A stretch of DNA of 63,449 bases, the filler included, from Octopus bimaculoides (lineage: Eukaryota), in the NCBI RefSeq assembly GCF_001194135.2. It is 6 parts of 5 records of this genome, joined end to end, with 100 filler letters (N's around TTAATTAATTAA, not from the genome) between each part and the next. Parts side by side here need not be neighbours in the genome. Positions count along the whole stretch, not along the records: positions 1 to 24,218 come from NC_068987.1; 5 more parts are not named here. One strand, given 5' to 3'. This document shows, one piece after another, positions 10,003 through 22,817 of the stretch; position 1 is the first letter of the stretch; every line of letters starts with the position of its first letter. The notes beneath the pieces were generated by a model. It saw nothing but the letters and a program-made list of their open reading frames with translations, did no database searches and was not told where the DNA came from. The position numbers were made by a program, and so were the translations under genes.

Positions 10003-13000
10003 TATAGAACAAGTAGTGGTTACACTCCTTGTGCGCAAGATTGCAGGGTATTTCCAAAGTTTTCAGATGTTTCTTCCGGTTGGGTGGTATTGAACCTAAT
10101 GCCCCGATGACAACAGGAACAATCTTTATGTTTGACTCTTGCAGCTGTCACATCTTGGTGTATTCAGTTCTCAGGTTGCCATATTTATCAATCTTTTCTC
10201 TTTCTTTCATGATGATATGTTGATCTCTTGACACTGTCACGTCGATTATTAGGCACTTTTGTTTGTCCCTCTTAAAGGTTACTATATCCGGCCTTCGGTG
10301 TTCTAACACCTTGTCTATCTGGAAGTCAAAGTCCCAGAGGATCTTTGCCTTACAGTTTTCAACCAATTGCCTTTTCCGGTGTATGTTAGTACCAAGCACC
10401 CTTTACTTCGTATCCCTACTTCTGGCATAGTAGTCAGTGAAGGTTTTGGGCTACCTTGTCGTGTCTGCGCTTGTACTCTTTCTGCGCAAGACTTTCACAA
10501 GTGCTGACAATGTGAGTCACGCTCTCGACCCTCTTCCCAAACATTCTGCAGAGGTTCGTTGCACTGAGTTGGTATTCAATGTCTGATCCTGGGCAGCGAT
10601 GTCTAGGCTTTCAGTATTCTTTTTTAGGTCACCCTTACCGAGCCACCTCCATGATGCTTCCTGTCTTTTTAAGTTGTTAGTTTCACGGTGGAACTGACCA
10701 TGTAATTCCATGCGGAGTAGAGCTTCTTCTCTCTCGTTGGCTATCCGTGATCGGAATTCATTAGCACTCTCAAGTCCATTTTTGGGAAATCCTTCTGCAT
10801 TAGCAGTATACTGTAGCAGGTCTTGTTTGCTGTTTACCAAATATTCTGCCATGTTTCTTCTTTCTCTGTTGATGCACTCACGTACGCTAATCAGCTCATG
10901 TCCAACTTTGCACCTCTTCATGTAGAACCTGTGTACGTTCGCCTTAGGGTGGAGGGCATCATGGATTGTCATTGTCTTTTGGGTAGCATGATCGAGTTGG
11001 TTAATCTCCGCTCATGTCCATTTCAGTATGGGTACACTGTAGCGGACTACAGTAACAGCCCATATGTTGATGGCAGTCACAAGGTTCCTTGAGTTGAGTT
11101 TTGATTTCAAGAGAAGCTTGAGGCACTTGTAATATGCAGTAATGACCTTGTCTTTCATTTATCTGTGCAAGATATTGTCCAACTCCAGGATCCCAAGGTA
11201 CTTGTATCCATCATCATCATCTTAGTCTTCAATTCTCTCTTCGTTTTGCAATTCTATGCCCCTACAATCTTCTCTTTCCCCCATTTCAAAGTGAGTACCG
11301 CACACTTCGAGACACCGAATTCCATCCCAATATCCTTGCTGCACATCTGCATAGTCTCAATCAGCCTCTCTATTTCAGGCTCTCTTTTTGCGAACAGTTT
11401 TAAATCATCCATGAAGAGAAAATAATTGAGACGTGGTCCATTCTTGCTCAGCTCATAGTGCGCGTTGACTTTGCGTAGGACTACAGAAAGTGGAATCAAG
11501 GCTATAACAAATAACAAAGGCAAACAAGAGTCTCCCTGAAAGATACCTCTTTAGATTGCTACCTCGGCTAAGTGCTGCTTGTTTTAAAAAAGACGTGTTT
11601 TCCAACTAGGTATGCTGTTCTTAATCAGTGCACACACGTCCTCAGCTATTTCACACGTCGAGTGTTTCCAAAGTTCACGGATGCGGCAACATGCCGTAAG
11701 CCTTTTTAAAGTGCATCCAGGCCATGCACAAGTTTTCAAGTTTTTTTGCTTTTTTTTTTTTTGGTACCGTTTGCAGTTCTTCATTACAACCTTGTCTATC
11801 ACAAGGTGGTCCTTAATGTCATTGGATTCTTTTCAGTATCCCTTTTGTTCCACTAGAAGTAGATTGTTTTCCGCAAGGAACGTATATATTTTCCCTGCGA
11901 GGGTACCTATTAACACTTTCCATAATAGGTTAAGACAAGTAATGGGTTGATAATTGCCAACCTCGTTGCCTTTTGACCAATTTTTCATCAACAATGTTGT
12001 CTTTCCCTCTACAATACACTCCGGAACTGCACTACTCGGTAGACAATTGTCTAATTGCAACGCAATTCGCTTGTGTTGACCTAAACTTTTTGAGCCAGTA
12101 GCCCTGAATTCCGTCTGGTCCTGCCGATTTCTAGTTTGGCAGTTTTGATACCTGTGCAATTACATCATCCGTTGTTATGAACATATGGTCCTGACGTGGA
12201 GCTTCCGTGTGATAGAGTTCGAATCTCGCGGAATGAATCCACTCAGCACCGTGGTTGTGGGAAACTTCTTGCCCCCAGACGTTATTCCAAAATTGGCGAG
12301 TTTCCTCTTCTTCAGGAGGTACATTATATTCTGTATCTCTTCCTAAGCTCTTAAAAAACTGCCTCTGGTTATTTGAGAATAACCTGGTTTGCTGGAACTG
12401 CGATATACAACCAGTGCTGCGTTGCACCTTTTATGTTTTCTCCCGCACACATTGTTTTAGGGTTTCGATAACAGTTTTGACCCTTTCCTTTCTATTTGGT
12501 ATCTTGTGTCAAGATATGCCCTTGCACCTTTTTTAATATTTTTTCCATTGTCCTTTGGACCATTCTTCTATGCGATTCTGATCTTTACGCAAAGTTTTAA
12601 TATCGCCTTCAATTCTCCGCTTCCACCATGGCTCCTTCTATCCGTCTGTTTTCCTCTTTCTTTGCAACCTGTTCACCTACTAAAATTGAAGCGGTCCCTT
12701 GTTTCCGTTAGATCTTTTGTCAGAGTGTATTTCAGAATCTCATCAAACTTTTGGGTCGCACGTTACGGTCATTGTTACGGTCGAAGCTTCTCAAATTCAC
12801 CGGCTTGGTTTCTGTTATTGTAACTATATCCTCGAGTCTTATCCTGAGGTTTTTCTGTTCCTCAACCATATCCTCTCGTAATACAGGGTTTTCTACATCA
12901 TATTGATTGGTTGGCCTCTCCTCTACTACAACTTCACCTACGCATTCGCTGATCTTCAGCTACACTATCCCCCTCGAGGTTATCACCACTACGGAGGCTT

Positions 13001-13490
13001 TTCCTGATTGTCTGAATCTGGGCCTCATTAAGGAAGCCTCTATTCCCAATTATTCTTATCTGATTCATGAGCCCATTTTCAGTAATCTGGAACATACCCA
13101 GCTGGTTCCAAAGTTCTAATGATCTTTTTCCGACAGCTTTACATTTGCCATTGTTCTTGTCTAGCAAGGCTTGTTCGTGGCACTTAATTGCCTTTTTTTT
13201 TTCTTATCAACAGACCACTTGTGTTTGCGAGCACGTTTCATATTTAACCAGTAAAAGGACGACAACTGGGTGTAGTCTGGTCTTCCACTCCATTGCCCTC
13301 TGCCGGGCGCGGGAGATCTGGTGTCTTTGATATCCAGGGGAGTCTTCCCGTTCACGCTGTTATTTGGGTTTGAAATTGTCATCATTGCAAAGAATGAGAA
13401 TGATTTTTTTACAGGGTTTGCTCCCTGAGTGTGTTTATTTGAGATTTTCATGTAAAGGGTTACCCCAAATACAACACCAGCTCTCACTTG
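10003..13490 (-). mobile_element. Near-full-length decayed R4/Dong-clade non-LTR retrotransposon (RT plus C-terminal restriction-like endonuclease)
   Basis: N-terminal RKHKWS...MFQITENGLMNQIRII, RT YQPITCL and FMDDLKLF, zinc-knuckle remnant CRM..ESVTHIVSTC, REL motif KILWDF...HRRPDIV...LIIDV and IVPVVIGALG. Frameshifted. Confidence 0.9.
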
Positions 13491-13995
13491 GTTGCTGGCA
13501 AAAGGCTTTGGGACGCTAAGTTTGTCCTGTGTAACTTGCCGAAGGCCTCCCGCAAACGCAGAGGTTACACCGGCCTATGGGCAGGTGTGGCACCAATTCC
13601 CTGCGGTGTTCACATGGACAGCTGCATACGGAATTATACTATCTTATCTGTCCTTCCTCTGCGATGTTAGGTGCGATGTGAAAGAGATGTAACTACTCTA
13701 TGTATCATGCCAAATGACTTCTCAGAGAGTCCATTGTTTACTTGTAATCTTCTTCAGTGGACAGGCTCAGCTGATGAAAACCATGATCCTTGCATTTGTC
13801 CATACTTCTGTAGCCACGGTAAGTGCTTTTATCATTGTTGTTTTTGTCACTAGCTGGGCTATGTTCTCTAGCCACAGGATCCGAGTGAAATAGGTTGGTT
13901 GGCAGGTTGAAGGTACTTCCTGTGTTGTTTTTGTCTTAGTCTGGGCAGCCTTCTATCACCGTTGTCAATTGCTACCTTTATTGTTGACTCTATGT

Positions 13996-13996
13996 A

Positions 13997-14045
<49 letters not shown>

Positions 14046-14080
14046 TGCTGGGGCAACAGCGGTAGCAGTAGTAGTAGAAT
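13996..14080. repeat. (TAG)n microsatellite
   Basis: Direct reading. Confidence 0.95.
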
Positions 14081-14779
14081 GGCTGGTAGCGAAATGACCG
14101 ACTGAAATTAATATCAACCGGTTTTTCTTGTTACATTGACACCATTACTTGGAAAAGAAAGTCATTATGTCAATAGTAAGTAACAGTAGTGATCAGAAAA
14201 TATCTAGGAAAGTATTCTTTAGCTGTGCAACAAACTAATGGACAATCAATATGACAGATGCCATTAAAAATTAAACTCTTTCCTGCTGAGAAGGTATCCA
14301 TCTCTCCAAAATGAAAACTTGTGAAGCTGCAGTGCAAATTGAAAAAAGTATAGTCCATGGTTGTTTACATATCCAGAAGAAAACAATATGGGTCAGTGGT
14401 ACACATTTATCGCATAAAAGAATGTTCGAACAATATCTACAACCACATGCTGGATTACCTTTTGAACATAGATCTGCTTGATGCAGAACTAAACAACATC
14501 AACAAAAGATCGACAATTAATGTTTGTTATAAAGTAGAAACACAATGTCTATTTTTCTGGGGTTGGTCTTATGTGCGGCGTAGGTATAAAAAGTAAGCAC
14601 TAATGATGTTTAAAGGAAATATCTAATGCTTTTAGAGTAAATAAATCTCTGACGTCACTGGATTTTTTTCTTTTTAGTAATGAAGTTGTCATATCCTTAT
14701 TTCATAAAGTCACACCTTGATTTCCTTCACACAACTGACCAAACAAAACTACATACCCTTCCGTGTAAATTCCCCAGTA

Positions 14780-17149
14780 CACTGGGCAACAAAAAAAAAG
14801 GTTTATTGTCTGCTACTCAGACAAATGGTGCTATACTAAACTAAATCGAGTACGCTAATTTCTAATCTGAACTCAGAATTGCTGTGGCACGTCAGGATTT
14901 TGAGCTATGCGCATAATTATATATTAATACTATATTAGAATCAAGAATAGTTAAGTTCAAGGTAAATAATTATTATAGTAGTATATTAGTACTGTTTATA
15001 GTAAAGTTATGTTCAAGGCAAATAGTATTATAATATAATGGTACATAGCATATTTATGTTAAGGGAATGCTCACTTTATTTTTTATATACTCAGCTCAGA
15101 AATGTTTGAGACACTTGCTCCTACGCTTATTCATCGTGCTGGTCTCCCGTTGTAGGAACCAGCAGAAGTCACCCATCATGTGTGGTTGAACCGGCCTTGA
15201 TACCATCACTAAGGGCACCAAGATTCGTTGGAAAAAATCGAGATGAGAATGCAAGTGCATTTTAAGGGACATTCGTCATCCCATTCTTTCATACGCTGTT
15301 AGCATGTTGTTTATTAAATCAGCATAGTTTTCAACTCTATGATCTCCAAGAAAGTTCTGTACAACTAATACGAATGAATCCCATGCTGTCAGCTCAACTG
15401 GATTCAGTTTACCTCTGAATTTGCTATCAGATATCAATTCTCTGATCTTGAGTCCAATGGAAATGCCTACTTTCAATTTTGCGTCACTTTTCTCTGCACC
15501 AAAGTTTACTTTTAGGTACTGGAAGTCACAACCATCGTGTGTCATTGCTTTTACGAAGTGTTTCATGAGGCCGAGTTTGATGTGAAGGGGTGGAAGGAAG
15601 ATCTTTTACGGGTCTACCAGTGGCATATGCTGCACATTGTACCAACCAACAATGTGTTCATCTCTTTCAGGTCAGCCTTTTACAGTGTAATGATTGCTGT
15701 CGTCGCAGCAGTTTCAAACACACAAGAAGCACATATTTTTTGGTATATTCCAGCTGCAGTCCTAGGAGGAGGGAAATCACCTTTAAATCACAACAAATAT
15801 TCCACTTGTGAACTGAGTAATGAACTCCTTTCAGAAAGAGTTCCATTGATTAATAAGTTTCTTCCATACCGACAACATGACCCAGACGAATGGAAGGTTT
15901 TTCATTACCATTATATGACAACACAGCTTTGAGGCCAACCTTACTTGAGAGTATAAACAATCTCCATTCGTTAGTCACATGCACGTCCTAGTTTTTGCAT
16001 GAGTGCATTAACGTCAGTACAGAAACAAGCATTATTTTCTTGCTTGATAGATATGCCTTCATGGCGAGTGCGGAAAATAGATACGCCTTCATGGCGAGTA
16101 CAGAAAATGGAAATTTTCGTACCTTGCTCTAGGAGATTCCCTTGTTGTAGTTTGTATCCCAAAACTTCTGCCCTGTCCTTTGACAATGCTAGGTCTCTTA
16201 CTAAATCGTTCAGATCTTGATTAAACTAGCCTGGCTCATTTTTCTTAGAATCATCTACGTACTCTTCGTCGATAAGAGAGTCAGGGGGTTCATCATGCGA
16301 CCTGTCAAGATTTTCAAGTGAAGCATGTGAGAGGGGAACTGGGACAAGGTTCTCGAAGTCATGTGAGACCGGTTTCAAAGCCGACTTACAATCTGCATAC
16401 GCAATTTTTGCTTTGGTCTTCTTTGAGAAACCACTAGTATTAGTTATGCAAAAGTAACAATCAGAGACATGATTGATTGGCACACGCCGTACCATTGGTA
16501 CAGCAAAAGGCATTCCCTTCTGTTTTCCATTCAGCCGCTGTGTAAGCCCTGAGTAACACACGGTGCAGCATATATGAGGTGCCCACATCTTGTCTTGGTC
16601 CCTAACTTTATACCCGAAATAATATTTATAGGCAATTTTCTATTTGGAGACAATGTTCCTCCGCTGGTCATGCGGAGCAAATCTTCCACGGACATAACAA
16701 AAGTTGTCTGGATGATTCAGACAGCATCTCTTATTCATGATCTAACACAATGAACGCAATTAAAACAATAATCACGCAGAGTGAGAGATACACATACCAC
16801 ACGTGACGGCAGCGCAAACGACACTGGGAGTTACCAAGGACAAACTGACGTATTTGACACTGCACACAATACATCAACGCCATCTGTTGCTAAACTAAAT
16901 AATGAACTTTTTCATCGTTTGTTTTATTGCTGTTATCTCTTTAATTTTGAATTGAGACCGCTTTCATTTTAGAAAATTTTATAATACGGCCTACATCTAG
17001 CCGAAAGAACAGTTATAATCTTGCGCATGCGCATAACTCAAAATCCAGACGTTCTAGATCAATTCTGAGTGTGGATTCGGAATCAGCATCCTCGATTTAG
17101 CATTAAACACCAGCTTTTACCCGAGTAGTAAAATCTTTGTTGTCCAGTG
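14780..17149 (-). mobile_element. Chapaev3-like (CMC) DNA transposon, both TIRs present, transposase decayed
   Basis: Termini CACTGGGCAACAAA (14780) and TTTGTTGTCCAGTG (17149), with about 130 bp of imperfect subterminal inversion and flanks GTA/TTA. Minus-strand transposase motifs CLNHPDNFCYV, DQDKMWAPHICC, FAVPMV..DCYFC, MHLHSHLDFF..NLGALSD..GRFNH..MMGDFCW. The family name comes from recalled motifs. Confidence 0.75.
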
Positions 17150-17195
17150 TTATCTAACGCTATGACCCTTATTTCCTTTCTCTTCCCCTTACAGA

Positions 17196-17720
17196 TTCTT
17201 TTATTCTTTTACTTGTTTCAGTCATTTGACTGCAGCCATGCTGGAGCACTGCCTTTTAGTTGAACAAATCGACCCCAGTTCAGTCCCACTGCGTGGCACC
17301 TTGGGCAAGTGTCTTCTACTATAGCTTCGGGCCGACCAAAGCCTTGTGAGTGGATTTGGTAGACGGAAACTGGAAGAAGCCCGTCGTTATNNNNNNNNNN
17401 NNNNNNNNNNNNNNNNNNNNNNNNNNNNNNNNNNNNNNNNNNNNNNNNNNNNNNNNNNNNNNNNNNNNNNNNNNNNNNNNNNNNNNNNNNNNNNNNNNNN
17501 NNNNNNNNNNNNNNNNNNNNNNNNNNNNNNNNNNNNNNNNNNNNNNNNNACCGATGCTGGTGTGTTTACGTCCCGTAACTTAGCGGTTCGGCAAAAGAGA
17601 CCGATAGAATAAGTACTAGGCTTACAAAGAATGAGCTCTGGGGTCGATTTGCTCGACTATAAAGGCGGTGCTCCAGCATGGCCGCAGTCAAATGACTGAA
17701 ACAAGTAAAAGACTAAAAGA
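17196..17720 (+). mobile_element. tRNA/CORE-type SINE family A with internal microsatellite/gap and an inverted copy of its own 3' end at the 5' side
   Basis: 17280-17390 is head/CORE (gcgtggcaccttgggcaagtgtc) and 17550-17720 is the tail. 17196-17279 is the reverse complement of about 17640-17720. Confidence 0.8.
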
Positions 17721-18202
17721 GCATTTAAAGTTATGTAATTTTAACCAGACGAAAGCTCCCACCCCGCACCCTGTTGAAAATTTGAAATACTTTGAATGGT
17801 TGAAAGAAATATAACAAGATCTTTAGATGTTATAAACGCCTGTAAGGGGAAGCTAATCAAGAAAGAAAATAAGGCTCATTGTGTTAGATAAGGAAAGTTT
17901 ACACGGACGAGAAAAGGTGTGTGAACGAAATATGGAATGTTTTTTTATGAAATAAAGATTAAAAAGAGAAATCCGAAAACGTCAGCGATTTGTTACCTTA
18001 CAAGTGTTAGATATTTCCTTTCACGTTGATGCCAACAGAATGTATGTTTGTTTGTATGTATGGATGTCAACTCGGCATATAAGGAATCATATGGTTGTTT
18101 ATTATTTTCTGTAAAAATTCTTTTAATTTCTTTATGCTTTGAAGAGAGCAGAAATTGAAAGAGGGATAAAGTGAAAAAGCGACATTTGCTTTGAAGTGAG
18201 GG

Positions 18203-18270
18203 GAGAAAGTAAAAGCGAAGAGAAAGTAAAAGCGAAGAGAAAGTAAAAGCGAAGAGAAAGTAAAAGCGAA
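18203..18270 (+). repeat. 17-bp minisatellite (GAGAAAGTAAAAGCGAA)x4
   Basis: Four exact tandem units. Confidence 0.95.
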
Positions 18271-18306
18271 GAGAAAGTGAAAGATGTACGTTTATATGAA
18301 ATAGAC

Positions 18307-18343
<37 letters not shown>

Positions 18344-18608
18344 AAGGAGAGTGAGTGAATGAATAAGTGAGTAAGTGAGTGAGTGAGTAAAGGTGTGTTG
18401 TGATATATGAATTTTTTTGCATGTGTGTCATTCGCTCTCTCTCTCTCTTTCTCTCTCACACACACACATTATCTTTCATATACACGAACAAATAGGCAGA
18501 GGTAAAGAATACATACACCACCCGTTTTCAGCGTAACCCTTTTACACCAGGTGTGTGCATTCTTTACCTTCGCTCAAAAATATATATGCATACATCTTTT
18601 TTGTCCGT

Positions 18609-18657
<49 letters not shown>

Positions 18658-19142
18658 TGACTGTATGTCTTCATAACATAGAGAAAGGGATGTCTTTTAA
18701 AGCATTTTTTCTTATGTGGCTTATTTTAATACAATATTTATGTGTACATTTTCATAAATGTTTGTCCGAGTAGAATTCTACCCATGCGTGAAACATCAGT
18801 CGAAAGTGAAACATTTGAAGCAAATTGAAATATTGCCCGAAAATGACCTCAAAATTGTGCGACTGTGTAGTTGCCGAGGTTATTTTAGTTGTAAAATAGA
18901 GTTGTTGAGTGAAAAACATAGCTGTTTCGTTATAACTCTCGAAGTGTCAACGAACTGTCATCAGCTGTTTTGTTCGTTAATTTCCGTACAAGAATTTTAT
19001 TTATTTATTTTTGTTTTAAAGTGAAAGAGAGAAGAAAGTGAAAAATGTATGAACGTGTGTGTGTGTGCGAGAGAGAGGGAGGAGGGAGAGAGAGGGAGAG
19101 AGAGAGAGTCACTTACACATACATGAGAACACGCACGTTCAC

Positions 19143-19196
<54 letters not shown>

Positions 19197-19444
19197 GCAC
19201 AGGTACATAAAAAAATGTATGCATATGTATTGATGTATGTACGTATACATGACAACACACCCCTTCAGTTGCTCTCTTTCTCCCTTCCCCTCTCTCTCTC
19301 CCTTCCTCTCTCTCTATCTTCTCCCTTCCTCTCTCTCTTTCTCCTTTCCCATCTCTCTTCTCTCTCTCTCTTCCTCTCTTCCGATTTTATAGCTTTACGC
19401 TCATTAGAGTTAGCCAATATGGAAGGGAATATGGCAACTGCTTT

Positions 19445-19800
19445 CTGTTATCGTGTGTGTGTGTGTGTTTATCCCACACCACCGCTTGACAACCGATGAC
19501 TGTGTGTATACATTCACGTAACTTCATAGCTCTGCAAAAGAGAGCGATAGAATAAGTACTAGGTTTCAAAAAATAAGTCCTTGGGTCACTTTGTTCGATT
19601 AAAACTTTTCAAGGCGGTGCCCTAGCATGGCCGCAATCAAATGACTGAAACAGATATATAAACGAGAAGCTTCCTTCTATCAAATCCACTCACAAGGATT
19701 TGGTCGACTCGGTGTCATAGTAGAAGGCGGCACTTACCCAAAGCCGCACGCAGTAGGATTGGACTTGGAACCATATGATTGAGAAATAAACTTCTTACCA
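19445..19800. mobile_element. Two SINE family A fragments (tail on +, head on -)
   Basis: 19445-19655 matches the tail (gatagaataagtactagg...gcatggccgcaatcaaatgactgaaac). 19665-19800 matches the reverse of the head (atccactcacaagg...). Confidence 0.75.
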
Positions 19801-20399
19801 CAAACCCTTGCCTACATAAAATGTGTTCGTGTGTGTGTTTGTGTGTACGTGTAATATATATGTTCTATCTATCTACCTATCTTTCTATCTGTCTATCTAT
19901 CTATCTGTCTGTCTGCCTATCTGTCTGTCTATACATACAGAGAGAGAGAGAAAGAGAGAGAGACACGCGCGCGTGTGTGTGTGTAACGTTTTATGTACCA
20001 TATAAATGACTGGAGAAATTAATTAGTAGATATGCTTTTATTTTATTGTTACAATGTAATATAAGATACGACTTCAAGGAGTTGCTGTTGTACACAGAGT
20101 ATTTGAAGTTCCGTTATCCATTGTGTGGGTTGTTAAGTTCATCTGTGAGTGACTGTTAAAAGAGGAATGGAAGAAGGAGAGAGAAAGAGTAAAAGAATTT
20201 ACTTCTCTGGGTTGACAAGTAGAGAGGGAAGTTCTGTAGTCCCGCGATAAGCCATACATGAAGCGTTCCTTTTGCCAGGGGATAAGCGAAAGAGGTAGAA
20301 ACCGATTTCGGATTCCGTATTTACATGTTTAGATCAGACTAAACAAAGGATTTTTGGTCGTATCCTGTATGAACTTTTGGTGGCCGCAAATGTTAAAGA

Positions 20400-22030
20400 A
20401 TAGAACTGTCACATATAAATGGGACAGATGACTCATAGGTTTCTTGGTACAAATGCCGAGATTAATAGGAAGTTTCGGTTTCGAATCCTGGTTAAGAATC
20501 CAAGAATCAACATACATATAACATACAGACGGACATCCGTGTGATATTTTGAACTCGGTACACTGTTGTTGCTATATGTCATCAGCCTGCATATAACGTG
20601 ACAAAGCAACATACAGTATCCGTTCATAAGAACATGATCCGTTCATAAGAATAAACCTGTTTCATTCACAGACTGCCAACGTGTTTGTATTAACTATGTA
20701 TCGTTTGTATTAACTATTGACTAATCGCTCATACTACAAGCTGTGTGTAAAGATAAATGGTAGAAATTTGTGTGGTTTCAGTTTAATTCTTGTTAAAATG
20801 AAACATATTTCTAATATGGTTTCTGATTCAGGCATAAATCCGGGATCTATTCCATATCAATCATAAATTTTTTAATTTTTTTTTTTTTAACTAAACAGTT
20901 TGAAACTTCGAATACTGGTTGAATTTCTCACGTAGAACATGGTTTACTCTGAACGTTTTTGACAAAATTTCGTATTTTAAGTTATTTCGCGTTAAAGTTG
21001 TCGTATTTGGGTAATTTCAACCAATCAACGACGTGTATACGGTTGAATAACGCTACTGCTGTTTACGAGTAATCGAAGAAGAACAACTTCCGGGTCATTT
21101 CTACTAAATGTCGTCACTCTGTTCGAAATATTTATTCGTTGCCCGACATCTGTGTTTTATCTATACATAAAGCGCGCCAGTGTTTAAAAGACTAATAGTG
21201 CAACGAATCCACAGCTAGCTTTTTTGCTGTTGACGTGTATGTAGTTTCAAAATGCCCTATTTTACAACTATGAGATGTATTGTTATTGTCATGATTTTAT
21301 CTTACTATAATCAACAACAACCACATTTCGTCAATATAAAAGTCTTTATTAGATAAAAGATAACATTATCAAAACATGAAGGTAAGCCAAAACAAATAGC
21401 CGCTTATACACCGGAAAATACGGTAATTGTAGAGGCATTGACAAGTTCACACGTCGGTTGCTAGTTGATGGGATAGAAGGGAGGGAAAGAGTAAGGAATG
21501 CACGGTGCTGACTAGAAAGGATAAAGGTGGCATCGTCTTCGCTCGCCATACGAATAGAACTGAGATTGAGATGGAATAGATCCCGAATGTATGCCTGAAT
21601 CAGAAACCATATTAGAAATATGCTTCATTTTAACAAGAATTAAACTGAAACCACACAAATATCTACCATTTATCCTTACACACAGCTTGTAGTATGAGCG
21701 ATTAGTCAATAGTTAATATAAACGATACATAGTCAATATAAACACATTGGCAGTCTGTGAATGAAACAGGTTTATTCTTATGAACGGATTATTTGTACTG
21801 TATGTTGCTTTGTCACGTTATATGCAGGCTGATGACATATAGCAACAACAATGTACTGAGTTCAAAATATCACACGGATGTCCGTCTGTATGTTATATGT
21901 ATGTCGGTTCCTGGATTCTTAAGCAGGATTCGAAACCGAAGCTAAATTTTTCTACGAGTTCCTTCCAATTATTCTCGGCATTTGTACCAAGAAACCTATG
22001 AGTCAACTGTCCTATTTATATGGGATAGTT
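20400..22030. repeat. Long inverted repeat: arms about 20400-20865 and 21560-22030, spacer about 700 bp
   Basis: For example cacggatgtccgtctgtatgttatatgtatg (21870-21905) is the reverse complement of 20510-20545. Similarity continues over about 460 bp with scattered mismatches. Confidence 0.9.
20880..21330 (+). mobile_element. Fragment of the MITE-like family seen at 2921-3945
   Basis: taactaaacagtttgaaacttcgaatactgg...ttcaaccaatcaacgacgtgta matches the reverse complement of 3740-3900. Confidence 0.5.
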
Positions 22031-22129
22031 GACTCTGTGATTGAGATGGAATAGACCCTAAATCCGATATGTTGAGGTAGGGGGTTTAGTTAGTTTGCTG
22101 ATAGCATCGGCTCCAGCTCTCCACTAGTA

Positions 22130-22270
22130 CTTTATTTTATCGATCACGAAAGGTGAAAGGCAAAGTTGTCCTCAGCGGGATTTGAAACCAAAACATGAAG
22201 AGCTGGATCAAATACTGCAAAACATTCTATTTTTTCCAATGCACTAATGATTCTGCCACCTCACTGCCTT
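22130..22270 (-). mobile_element. SINE family B 5' half
   Basis: gaaaggcaaagttgtcctcagcgggatttgaa... matches the family B head in reverse. Confidence 0.7.
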
Positions 22271-22435
22271 TATAATAATAATGGATTCAAATTTTAGTAC
22301 AAGGCTAGCAATTTTGGAGGAGAGGGAAAGACGATTATGTCTATCAAAGTGCTCAACTGGTACTTATTTAAGAGATGAGGAATTAGGTACATTATTTACA
22401 TTTGACGGATATTTGTCCTCATCTTGTTTGTTGTT

Positions 22436-22481
22436 AACACAACGTTTCGGCTGATATACCTTCCAGCCTTCATCAGGTGTC
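22436..22481 (-). ncRNA. Minimal type I hammerhead ribozyme candidate
   Basis: Minus strand reads GACAC CTGATGA A GGCTG-GAAGGTATAT-CAGCC GAAA CG T T GTGTT. The CUGAUGA and GAAA core is intact, helix II is 5 bp, helix III is the palindrome ACGT, the triplet is GUU, and helix I is GACAC:GTGTT. Confidence 0.7.
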
Positions 22482-22530
22482 TTGGGGAAATTTCGAACCT
22501 GGGTCCTCATTCCTAAGGTATTTTTCGATG

Positions 22531-22578
<48 letters not shown>

Positions 22579-22668
22579 NNNNNNNNNNNNNNNNNNNNNN
22601 NNNNNNNNNNNNNNNNNNNNNNNNNNNCTACTAACCCCAAGATTCCTAGTTCGATTCCAAGCAGTGAT

Positions 22669-22723
<55 letters not shown>

Positions 22724-22771
22724 TCAAAAAATACCTTAGGAATGAGAACCCAGGTTCGAAATTTCCCCCAA

Positions 22772-22817
22772 GACACCTGATGAAGGCTGGAGGGTATATC
22801 AGCTGAAACGTTGTGTT
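22772..22817 (+). ncRNA. Minimal type I hammerhead ribozyme candidate
   Basis: GACAC CTGATGA A GGCTG-GAGGGTATAT-CAGCT GAAA CG T T GTGTT. Same fold as the inverted copy, with one G-U pair at the base of helix II. Confidence 0.7.
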
